Shown here in pieces: positions 27,401-38,940 of a DNA stretch of 64,000 nucleotides (its first letter is position 1; every line of letters begins with the position of its first letter). The position numbers and the translations under genes were made by a program. Location of the stretch: positions 511,399-575,398 of the forward strand of contig CT867986.1 in the NCBI GenBank assembly GCA_000165425.1, written 5' to 3'. The notes under the pieces are model-generated. The model did no database searches. It was not told the DNA's origin and saw only the letters and a list, made by a program, of their open reading frames with translations. Source of the DNA: Paramecium tetraurelia (Eukaryota).

Positions 27401-30400
27401 CAACTATCTTTCTAGAAACTACATAACAACCATCACCTAAATCCTCCAAAAGTTCTTCTCCTTCTTATATATTCCCATCATCGTCCAAAGGTCTTCGTAT
27501 AATTTTCCTTTCCTACTTTCCTCCTTATCATCGATAATAATAACTTCTTCTTCAATAAATTAAGTTGGTTCTTAAATGGATAAGGTTTTCTCAAAATATC
27601 CTTAATTGTTTTTCCATCCTTCCTTCTCAGCTTACTATGTTGAAGTCGTATTTTCAATAACTCTTCTTGCAAGAATCTTATTTCCATTTTAATCAGTTTC
27701 TTATATATTATTTCCCACATTCTAACCAGGTTAATACTATTTTCTGACTAATTTTCTTTCAATCTTTCCTGTTTCTTCATTCATTACTAAAACTTCCTCC
27801 TCAATAAATTTAGCTGGTTCATTTTGAACTATGAGTTTTTCTAACTATCCGGTTTTTTTTAATTTTTCTTCCATTCACTTAAAGAGGTGTCATTTTAAAC
27901 TATTCGACGAGACACTACCTTTTAGTTATTGCCTATTGATTCATTTAATTAATCTCCAATTTCTTCTTCATTTTCATAAGGTCGTCTAACTAATTTACGC
28001 TCTTGTTTGCCTGTTTTTGGATTGATTATTATTACTTCTTCTTCAACAAATTGTTCAGGTTCTTCTTATGAAATAATTTTTTCATACATTGTACCATTTT
28101 TTTTCCAATTTTATAAAGAAAACCTACTATCTATAATTTTCCTTGACAATACATAGTTGCCATTGTTATCTTTTTCTCTTAAATTATTCCCAACCTTTCC
28201 CTTGCATTATTCAATTGGCCTTCTTACCAATTTTCTAATCATATTTCCATTTTTACCCTTTATTAGTACTTCCTCTTCTACATATTATGTTGACTCTGCT
28301 TAAGAAATTTATAATTCATAATTGCCCTCTGGATTCTTCTGCCATTCTTTACCTTATTACCTTTTTTCATTCTTTTCTATAATTCTTCTTGCAACTACTT
28401 TTACACCAAGATTGCTATCTTCATCCAATTCTTCACTTATCTCTTGCAATTAATCATCAAAGAATGGCCTTCTAACTAATTTTCTCTCCTACTTTTTTGT
28501 TACCTAATTATAAATTATGATCTCCTCTTCTACAAATTAATCTGGCTCTGATTCTGATAATTTTTTTTATAAAAATCCTTCTTAGGTCAATAACCATCCG
28601 TCCTGTAACATTATTTTTTAAGATGGAGAATTATCTAATATTTTTCTAGAAAGTACTTTTACTCCTTTCTAGCTATACTCTTTATCCAGCTCTTTGGCTT
28701 TTTCTTTTTCTATGTATGGTTTTCGTATTAAAATTTTTTCTAATTTGCCAGTATCCTTATTAAGTCTTAATATTTCTTCTTGTACAAATTTTCCTAGAGT
28801 TTCACTTTAATCTTTGTTTACCTCTACCTGCTTTTATATACTTTAAAATGGATCATTTTTTTCTCTGGTTTTTTAACTGCATTCCATTTGATGAATTTAT
28901 AATTATTCAATACCAAGATTTCTTTCCAGCCTTTGCATGTTTTAAAAGGACCAGCCATCTGCTTTCATTTGAGTTAGAGATTCATTGTTCTCAACAAGTC
29001 TTCTGCTTTCAACAATATCGCCATTCTATTATTCTTCATTAATGCCTTCCCCCATGGTAAGAATTTCTGGTGTTTTTCTTATTTATTTTCGTAAAATGCA
29101 ATTTCCCTAAAAAATCTTTATGTCTTCTTCTAAATATTAAATAGGTTCGTTTACAGAAATAATTTTTTTATATTTATTGTTACTTGTTAGTTCCCAGCTT
29201 TAATCAATTATCCCATTAATAACTCGACTTGCAATTAAAATTTAATCTTTGCCTCTTACTGTATATAAATTTTCATCATTTACATATGTTGAGGAGTCCA
29301 AAATGATTACTTCTCTTATTAAAACTCTATCCTACTTCTGTCTATTTCTAAATAAAATTTCTTCTTCAAAGAATTTTGTAGTTTCATCAAACTTTTATAT
29401 TGCTGGAGAATTTAGGATAGGAGAGGCATTCAATATATTTTTAGAGTATTTTTTTTGTCCTACTATTCTGCTTTAACCATAATTGATTTCTTTATCTTGA
29501 GTTCCAGTTTCTCCAACTGATAAATCATCGGCAATGCTTTATCTTCTTTTAGAAATTGCATCCTCAAATACTTCCTCTGATTAATTCGATTATCGTTTTA
29601 AACCTTCTAGTTAAGATCTAACTGTCTCCACTTATTTATTAAGTTCTTAATCATATCTTCTTTCTTTATGAATAAATTCTTAAATTTTTTCTTTTTCTTA
29701 ACTATTAGCTCTGGGGTTTATCTCCTTTATCATTTATTTTATGTCCTATGCAGAGTTGCTTCTATTTGAGTATACTCTTTCCCTAAATTCAAATGCAATT
29801 TACGGGTAGTTGTACATAGAATTGATAGTAATTTGAATGTCCTAGATTAAAAGTCTCATCAAATTTGCTTTTTTAACAGGGGATTTTGTTCTACTTTCAG
29901 AATAGTTTACAAAAGAACGGGCTAAAGGTTGCTGCATATTTGGAGTACGAGATAAATATGATTTTGGGAGAACTGCAGATTGCTTTAAGGGTGTCATTGC
30001 TGATTTATGAGATTTTAAAACTATTGGCTAAGGAGAATAATATATTCTAGATTTTTATAAGGGTATTGCAATTTTATTTGGAGTGTGATTTATTTAATGA
30101 TTAATAATCGAGAGTTTTAATTAAGTCTCTTATTAATGTACTTCAGATATTGAGTATTATTATTAATAAACTTGAATTGAACTTGATATTCCTTTTTTTT
30201 ATGTCCCATCAAGAAAACGTGACTTATCAACAACAAAGCCTTAAATTGAGTTTAATGTAAATTTTAAAATATTTTGAGGTAAAATAGCAGAATGCATAGC
30301 TTTTTCTGCATTATCATATCGTATTTATTCATAAAGAGCCTTCATTTCGATTTACTCATTTTAATAAAGATTTGCTTTATCTATTTTTATAAATTGTTAT

Positions 30401-31270
30401 AATTCTGTTAAACAAAATAAGTGTGTATCATTTTAAGTAACATTATGAATTTTTAATCGAATATCCAGCTTTTTAATTAATAGTTCACTTAATACCAATA
30501 GATATATTTCATTTTTATCTAAATAATTAGGTTAATTATATACTTGTGAGCAAAAATGAATATTGATCGTTAGGCAAAATTTCAGAAATAACTAGGTGTT
30601 CATTTGTAAATTATCTGAATTTTTAAAGCACCCATTTCTAATTGCTATAAAAACTTTATTTAAAAGAATCCGATAGTAAAAATATGTTTGAAGATCCTAA
30701 ATTTTAAGTACATTGTAAAAAATACCATCAATAAGTAAAATGTAATCCCTTCCAGCGCAAATTTTATTAATTTTTATCTATAAGCTGTTTACAATTTATG
30801 GTATTTCTGAATTTCCAATTGGTGTTTGTCCCCATGTCCACAATTTTCCTGAATAATCTAGACCGCATGCAAGATGAGTGGAAAGAGACACCTATTTAAA
30901 ATCTGTAGCAATTCTACTAGGAATAGGTAAAAAGTATATCTTTGAAATTCCAAGAGTGCCATAATGATTCTTATCGTCTCCAAAAGAATACACCTACCCA
31001 GAATATGAAAGTGCTAATGTCACATTTTTGTTTGTTGTGATGTACTTAATTTTTTCATTCTTGAATGGTAGTTAATAAAAGGAAAGCTCATAGCTGATAT
31101 AATATAGGCACCCTGTTTCAGAAAGTATCTAAAATGAATTTAAGGAAAACCCTTTACAAATTTATCTCACCTTACCGAACTATCCTAACACATTGAATGG
31201 TTTATAAGTATTCTAATTTTTAAAGAAAGCTTACCTGCTCATCATCATAGATATACAATATATCATTCAT
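18453..31270 (-). CDS. Giant protein (~4,200 aa): N-terminal RCC1 propeller, ~35 x 82-aa repeats, Q-rich basic tail; four apparent frameshifts in the repeat array
   Basis: ATG 31270 plus a 22-nt intron. RCC1-like motifs TLALSYSGQVYSFG..YGTLG and HLACGLDYSGKLWTWG. Repeat consensus GxR(V/I)(V/L)SR(R/K)IV...W...G..E.....EP..(F/Y)(I/V)EEE(V/I)...NPKTG..ERKL(V/I)R(R/K)P. Ends SQKSKK-TGA at 18453. Confidence 0.8.
22061..28084. repeat. Near-identical tandem triplication of a 1,974-bp block (8 sub-repeats of ~247 bp each) plus a ~95-bp partial fourth copy
   Basis: The anchor 'actaatttacg' occurs at 22061, 24036, 26011 and 27989. The same antisense ORF recurs at 22285, 24259 and 26234 in the ORF track. 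Confidence 0.95.
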
Positions 31271-31293
31271 TTTTTAATTAATATAAAGTTATA

Positions 31294-32045
31294 ATGACAA
31301 AATTGAAAGTCCCTGCAAATGATCTTGATTATATAAACTCAAGACAATATTAGTCTTATAAAATCTTTAGTGAACTTCATTTTGAGGATTTCGAAGGGTC
31401 AGTGGCATCAAAATTAATTTCTTGCACAGAGTTTACATGCATAGAGATTTGATTAGAGTTTTGAGAGCTTTACTTATATGTTGGTTCATTTGAAAAATAA
31501 TGATAATCATTACCAGCTTATTGAGAATTTTAAATAAGAGCATCATAAAAGTCAAATTTTAGAACATACATATTTAGTAAATCATGAGGAGATACTCGTA
31601 AAGATATTTTTTGTGATGATAATTCGTTGATTATTGCATTTATATAGAGAGCATCCATCTTCGTGAAATAAAATCATAAAAGTAATTTGCTTAATCGATG
31701 CTAATCTATAAAATTTTTTGAAGCCTATAAATTTAAGCATATTCTAAGAATTTGAAGTAAGAAGTTCAATTTAAAGTATACAGAAGGTATCGATATATTA
31801 AAAAGAATAGCGAGTGATTTTAAATAGTATAAAATTAAAAAATTAGAATAATAAATTAAAAAAGTGCTTAGGTTGTTAAAAAAATTTCGACATAACCATT
31901 TTATTACATTATTAAGATAAATTATGGTATTAAAAAAATATGATTTTATAATATAGATGAATTTTTTTTGGAAACCTAATTGAATAAAACAGTATATATA
32001 ATATTAGACGATTTTAGGATTGTTTAATTCCTTTGATAATATGAC
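31294..32045 (+). pseudogene. Possible decayed gene remnant
   Basis: ATG 31294 (MTKLKVPANDLDYINSRQ) in a start-like context, then coding-like stretches broken by several TGAs and frame switches that I could not explain by introns. Confidence 0.3.
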
Positions 32046-32721
32046 AAAAAAGTTGTTTATTTTGGAATTTAAGAAAAAAATTCACAATCTTGAATTCTGT
32101 TTGTGTATTTTTAATTTAGAATGATAAGGCTTATAGTATGCCAGGGGAAAACAAATATTATTTTTTAGCAATATCTTATTTTTTTCAAATTGAACATAAA
32201 ACCTTACTTTTTGATTCCATGATAACCAAACACTCTCAATTACTTTAGTCATTCCTAAAATAGAAAAATTAATTTTTTTCTTTTTCTTCAAAAAGAAACA
32301 TAAAATTACTTTAAGCATAACCTTTAGGATTAATTGAATTAATTTTATTTCTTTATTATTCTTTATTGTTGAACTAATTCTATTAACTTTATGTAATTTT
32401 GTACCTAGAATTGTAAATTAGTAGGAAAAAGGATTATTTGAATTCATATTAAAATTTACAATATGAAACATGAAATAAATTTAATTAACAAATTATCAAT
32501 AAATTTTAGAAAATTAATCTTTTTTTTGTCTAAAATTATTACCATTTACTAAAAGGATATTTCAACCAAATCCATATTATCCAAACCTTAAAAATTCTTG
32601 CTTCTAAATTTAATATTGGAAATAGTTGAAAAAAAAATCCAGACAGTCAAAAAAAATTGCTTGTAGTTTCATATAAGAAAATAATGTAAAATGATGTGAT
32701 ATTTATATTTATTTATTATTT

Positions 32722-33629
32722 TCAAACTACAAATAATTACTGTTTGTTCTCTTAATATTTATGAGTGTAAAATTTAATTGTAGTATGTTTGGCCTTGAAT
32801 CTATGAGTTAAGGCATATACGTTAAAGGGACTATTTTTGTTTGTAGTTACACAAGCCAAATGATTTAAATTTACATGAGGTGGAGGGGACAATGAATTGA
32901 CATTGCTAAAAATTTAAATAAGGTGATCAAATATTTCTTGTTATGATATTTAAGGTTTAGCATCCTCAAGTTCCATTTAGCCTTATGGTCTAATGTCTTT
33001 ATTCCACATATTATTTAATCTTTTCTCTTTTTCCTGATGAATATAAATACTTTTACCTCTATATAATAATACTTTAGCAAATGAGGAGGCACTAGGGGGG
33101 CTTTATCATTAAAATTAAATTCTTAAATCACTTACTTTTGATTCTATATAATGGAATCATTAGGGGATTTCTCTGGCTTAAATTATTAACTTGATTCCAT
33201 TAATTCTTTAGCTTTATTTTCAACTTTAGTGGTATCTATCACATTATTAATATTCCGTGCTCATCAGCAGTTGTAGGATCATCTGGTGAGAATCGCCAAT
33301 CTCCATCTACAATAAACTTATAATGATGGATTCCTTTTGGTAAAGGTATCACTATGCTAAATTCTCCTCCTTTATCTCTTTATAATTAGTGAGTTGTCTT
33401 CCATTAGGAGAATGTGCCTGCCACAAATACCTTCTGTCCACCAAAATTCCATTTAAATTAAGTATTAACAAATTCTTGTTATGTTTATTCAATATCCTTG
33501 ATACTTTTAGCTGATTTGTCGCTCATTGATCTATATTAAGTACTGCTAATACCCTCCAGAGTTCATATAGTTAATGGCGTGTTCGTGCCTCTATGTTTCT
33601 GTAACTAATTTACTACTTTGAGATCCCAT
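32722..33629 (-). CDS. PRKAB: AMPK/SNF1 beta subunit (myristoylation site, glycogen-binding CBM48, ASC domain) with a 1-nt deletion at ~33254
   Basis: MGSQSSK, FKWNFGGQKVFVAGTFSQW, LPKGIHHYKFIVDGDWR, APLVPPHL, PPPHVNLNHL, THRFKAKHTT. Confidence 0.92.
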
Positions 33630-34557
33630 TAAAAAAAATTAATTATAAATCAAAATCTTCTTCCAATCCTCATTTTTGAGTGTAGAGAAATCTTCATTTG
33701 TTAATTTCCATTAAACTAAAATATATTAAGCAATCAATACTACATCAATACAGTATTCATCTTATTTTTGAAGAATCCTTTCTAAATCGAAATCTGAAAT
33801 TGCTGGTTCAAAATCATCCCCATCATTCTCAGTGTTCGATAAAGACTTTCCATATTCCTTTCTTCACTTTATCAAAAATTAATCAAAAGTTTAGCTAAAA
33901 TTAATATACTGCGATATAAGAAAGCTAAATATCTATTTAATAACGATTGCAATCCTATAAATAATATAAATTTATTGTAAACTAGATAATTTCCTAATAA
34001 CAATAAATAGCATTCCAATTTGGTTTAATAAATATTTCCCATTATTTTTGTATTAGGCGATAACCTTATAAAGTATTATTTAGTGTTTGAACTAAATTTT
34101 CAAAATGCCAATTATCAATCTTAGATGCAAAAACTGAGGATTTGAAAATCAATAATATTTTCAATAAATAGTTATAATTGATTCATTTATGGCAGACTTT
34201 ATCAGTTTTTCCTTGATACATTTTACAATACTCCTTTAGGAGAGGTAATGATTGAAATTTTGATTTTATGTTGTCGAAAAATTTATTATTATTTTATTCA
34301 ATATAAGTCTATAAATTAAACATTTACAGGTCCATCAATACAATTGAGAGAGAATAATTCAAAAGATTACAGATTAATGAGACTCTAGTAATTTGTTGCT
34401 ATATGCTTTTAACAATCAAATTTATCTATATTAGTTTTTTTAAATAGGGACAACTTTGATTTGTTGATTTGAGTAGTAATATAAGTTCAATTTGAAATTA
34501 TTTGAATCAATTGAAAATGTTATTGCATATTTATAAAATGTTTTTGTTTTTCTTATT

Positions 34558-35022
34558 TCAAATCAATTCAACAGAGTCTAATATGACTTTGCTTTCCTTA
34601 TTTGCCACACTAAGGAAAAGACTTAAATCACTAACATATGCTTTTGCCATTCTTGAGACATCCTTTTGAATTACAATGTAGCCTTTATTTAAGAAAATGA
34701 TTTACTTTAAGTTGGTATATTATTTTCTACATATTCGACTGCTTATCTTCCTTTCAAAGTTCTGCTTAAAGCTTGTTTTGCGCAATACCAATTGATATCA
34801 TGAATTTCTGCTCCAGCTAAATTCATAGCCCAAGTTTATTTGTTTTCTTTTTCTTAATCAAATTTTACATCTAACAGGATATGCCTTAAAAATTCTTTAA
34901 TAGTATGGGACTGGCCATTATGATGTTGACATCACTCTATCTACAATAGGTCTTTCATGGATAGGACCCCATAAAGCTCCAGAGAAACGTGCCACTGATT
35001 TACTATGAGCTAGACGAATCAT
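34558..35022 (-). CDS. Small mitochondrial protein, probably a ciliate-specific ATP synthase subunit (ATPTT-type)
   Basis: Two 23-nt introns. MIRLAHSKSVARFSGALWGPIHERPIVDRVMSTSQWPVPYYQRIFKAYPVR..GRQAVEYVENNI..MAKAYV resembles, from memory only, a Tetrahymena-specific ATP synthase subunit. Confidence 0.6.
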
Positions 35023-35622
35023 TTAATTATTAATATAATTAATTATATTTTTTTCTATTTTCAAATCCCACTCATCTAAATATTTATCATATTTGCTATC
35101 TTATCATTTGATTCCTCAAATTTAAATTAAAGAATGTGAGAATAAAATATCAAAGAAGAACTTATACTATTATTATATTAATTGTCAAGTTGTAACATGT
35201 AATCAAAACATTAAGTAATTAAAATCGAATGGCTAAATATAGTTTTTATCTTTCTATAGAAAAAAATAATTTAATTTAATTTTCTAGTGAACTAAACTAT
35301 GGCATCAAGATCTAACTTTATCCATTAAAATTGAGTTAGAGAATTGTTTTAATTAAATATTTGATAAGTCCCTATACTATTAATCTTGTTATTTAATTTA
35401 TTCTTAAGAAATTTACTATCTTTGAGCTTAAAAGAATAATAAATAAAAAAAGAAAGATTATAAACTCGTAAGTCAGTGATATAAGAAAATGGAATATATT
35501 ATTTATCACTATATTATATTATATACCATTTAATTCACTGGTTCTAATTTGGGATTGATATTTAATATTAATGTTTGAATGTTTATAATTTTTTTTATTA
35601 TAACCAAAGAATAGTTGTTCTA

Positions 35623-36307
35623 ATGTTTTAAACAAAGAAGTCGAATATAAAATTTACTATTGATAAGCAATTCTATGCATCCATCTAAAAAAATGTAACT
35701 GAAAATAAACCTGTTTAAGTATGTCCCTCTAAGTTTCCTGCGAAGAGTTAACAAGTATAGATTATAATTATGAATAGATAGATAAAACCGCAAATCCAAA
35801 GCTAAGGACAAAGCAATCAGAACCTATTTTAAAATAAATTCCATCACTCATTAATCAAAGAAAAATAAGCGATAATTAACAACTTCCAAATTCTGCAGAA
35901 TAGACAAAATGTTATGATGGCAATTCTTAGCTGATATAATAATTAATCTAAGAAAATATGAAACTAAAAAAATAAAACTTAGCCAAAGATTCAATCATTA
36001 ATTAATTGATAACAAATAATGACACATAAAAAGTTAATTTGTGTAGAGCAAGCACATCCCAGACTGAAAGAAATGCCCATAAATTGCTTAAGCAGTAGAA
36101 CAAGTAAAAAGATAACAAATATTTAGTCAGAAGACTGCGCGTAAGAGTATGGAAGAGCTATCCTCATTAGGATTTACATTTTGTAATACAGAGCAAAAAA
36201 ATTATTAAAAAGAATGTGAATAATTCTCTATTAAATCTTCAAAAAGTCCTGTTAAATTTCCAAAAGAATTTTAGATAATACCAAATCAAAAGAAGTTTTT
36301 TGTGTGA
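35623..36307 (+). CDS. Hypothetical Paramecium-type protein
   Basis: Open after removing two 23-nt introns. Short coiled coil (LIQENMKLKKQNLAKDSIINQL), LGFTFCN motif, ends KKFFV-TGA. Confidence 0.65.
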
Positions 36308-36381
36308 GTTTTTGTTAAGATTGGTTTCAATTAAGAGTAGTTAATAAAAATAAAATATTATATATAAAATTAAAATATTAG

Positions 36382-37604
36382 ATGGGCTCGTGTTGTGCAA
36401 ATACTACATAAGAAAAAGAATCTTTTACTGCTATTCCAGCTCCAATCTAAATAAGCAATGAAAATTTAGAAGTTAAAGAAACAACAAAAATAAAGGAGTC
36501 TAATGAAACTCCAAGTTCACCCATAAGATCAGAAAAAATCGATGTATAAATTGAAATTAAAATATAGCACAGGAAGAGAATTATGGAAGCATTAAGAGTT
36601 ATCGAGGAGTGTTGATTGAAAACACTAATGTATATATGCATTCTTTTAATAGTATAGATATTTGATGAACAATCCTCGCTTGCTCTGACTATATATAATT
36701 CTTTAGGTATTTATGTTAAAAAAATAAAGGTCCATTTCCATTTCCAATAATTAAAGATCAGACTCTTACTTATGCTGGTCCAGTTCAAATTGATGCAGGG
36801 TATTTCTAAAATAGATATTAGATCAATTTATCAGGGATAATGGTTAGATGGAAAAAGACATGGATTTGGAAAATACTTACATCCTTATGGATCAATTTAT
36901 GAAGGGGAATGGTATAACGATTAATAGTAAGGATATGGGAGAATTGTGCTTCCTAACGGGGATTAGTAAAATAATCAGTGTATAAAATAAGTTATGAAGG
37001 CTAATGGAAGAACGATAAGGCATGGGGAACCGGAAAATATGTTACGATAGATGGAACTACATATAATGGGGAATGGGTGGATGATAAATAACATGGAGTA
37101 AATAATGATATTCATAATGAGAAAGGAGTAGAAGAATGGAAAAATGGCTAAAGGTATGAGGGAGACTATTTAAATGGCTAAAAAACTGGATATGGCCTAT
37201 TTTTTTGGCCTGATGGTTCCAAATATGAAGGAGGTTTGCTTGATGGAATGCCTCATGGAGATGGTGAATACACATGGAAAGATGGAAAAAAGGTATATTG
37301 AGTATTCAAATTAGTATAAAGGGGAGTGGATGTTTAATCAAATGCATGGTTATGGAATTTATATTTGGCCTGATGGAAAAATATACAAAGGAAATGTAAT
37401 TTAAGGTTGCTACTATTTTAGTTTGAAAAAGATTAAAGAGAAGGAAATGGGGAATTGGATTGGTCGGATGGTAGAGTTTATAAAGGCAACTGGAAAAATG
37501 GTAAATAACATGGAGAAGGAGAATTTATTTATAAAAATAAAATCCGAAAAGGAGTTTGGTAAAATGGGCAGCCAGTAAAATGGAGTCATAGTGAATTATT
37601 ATGA
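36382..37604 (+). CDS. MORN-repeat protein with N-terminal dual acylation motif MGSCC
   Basis: About 10 YxG(E/Q)WxxxxxHGxG repeats (e.g. YQGQWLDGKRHGFG, YKGNWKNGKQHGEG). Many ~22-29-nt introns. Confidence 0.9.
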
Positions 37605-37713
37605 ATATAATGAATACTATAATATTTTAATGTATTCTTTCTCAATGTACGAGAAATTGCAAGTTTTTGAAGAATATTTTGATGAGATATATATATGATT
37701 ACTAATGTATATT

Positions 37714-38906
37714 TCATAATGTTCCAATATATACATTAACGTTGTAATTCAATTATTGTTAATCCATGGGCATTTTGATTTTAGCTGAGACAGAAAATGC
37801 AAACTGTATTTTTGTGGCATCCTTAATAATTAAAATGGCTTCAAACTTTTAATATTGTTAAACATCGCTTTCTATGTTGTCATTATTGAATGTAAAGTTG
37901 GGTGAGGGTAGATTCTTCACTGTTAATAATTTATATTATTCCAATATCTACTAATCAAGAGGTTAAAAGGAGTATTCCATGGCATTTTTAGTTTTATTAA
38001 ACATTTAAATCACTACTGACAATTCTGTTTTCTCCTTGTTCACATAAGATACTTTACCCACTTACAAATAAGGGGCATGATCATAGTGTAAGTTTTAAAC
38101 ACTATAAGCAAACTTTTTTGAGTTTTTTTCTGGCTGTAATGTAAAAATTAATTTTTAACATTTTCTGCATTTTCTATTTTTTCTGCTTAACAATCCTAAA
38201 GGTATCGGCAATAAAGTTGAAGATTATTATGATGGATTAAAGTCTTACAATTCGACTTATTTGTTATTTAAGTCTAAGTTATACCTTTATAGAACAACCT
38301 TTAGGTTTTTTTCTTTAGTCATCTTATCTATGTCTGCATTACTATAGTGAATTAAAGCTTCACTTTTTGTCCATGATTATGTTAATGATTTTAAGACATG
38401 TTTATTTTTTTATTGTTTCTTGATTAGGAAATTATTATTCTCTATACTTTTAATACGATTATATTGATCTTAGAAGTCCTTATACTCAGCTTCATATTCT
38501 TGTTTATAAGCATTATTAATTTTTGTGTAAACCTATTGAAAATTAGGATCAGTGACTCCAATTGTTCTGGTTGTATAAAAACAATATGAACAAGTGAATC
38601 CATAATTCTTCTCAGTGTCTATTTGTCTACGCAATACATTTTTGCAAACAGGACATTCAAAACAAGAACTACAATTAACAGTCAGATTGGATGTTTCGCT
38701 TGTAATTTGAACATCTCCACAATTTCTACAATAATAGCAAAATATTTCATTTGATGTACAATATCTACACATACTGTTTTGGCATCTAAGATGAACAAAT
38801 AATAATACGATAGACAACAATACATTTCCTCTTATAGAAACTCCCTTCCACATTCACATTGAATTAGAATTAGGGGTAATTTGGCTATCTTTTTGAATTA
38901 AAACAT
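37714..38906 (-). CDS. DCTN4: Dynactin subunit 4 (p62)
   Basis: Cys pattern CECG..YCCLSC..MCRYC..YYCRNC..CSSCFECPVC..CSYCFY, plus PLGLLSRKIEKCRKC. Confidence 0.8.
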
Positions 38907-38940
38907 TTTTATGAAATATTTATTTATTTGTTTATTAATA

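Noticed and set aside
20400..29400. CRISPR-like or satellite array
   Set aside because: The periodicity is protein-coding (~82-aa units with codon-level divergence). There are no identical short repeats with unique spacers and no cas genes, and the context is eukaryotic.
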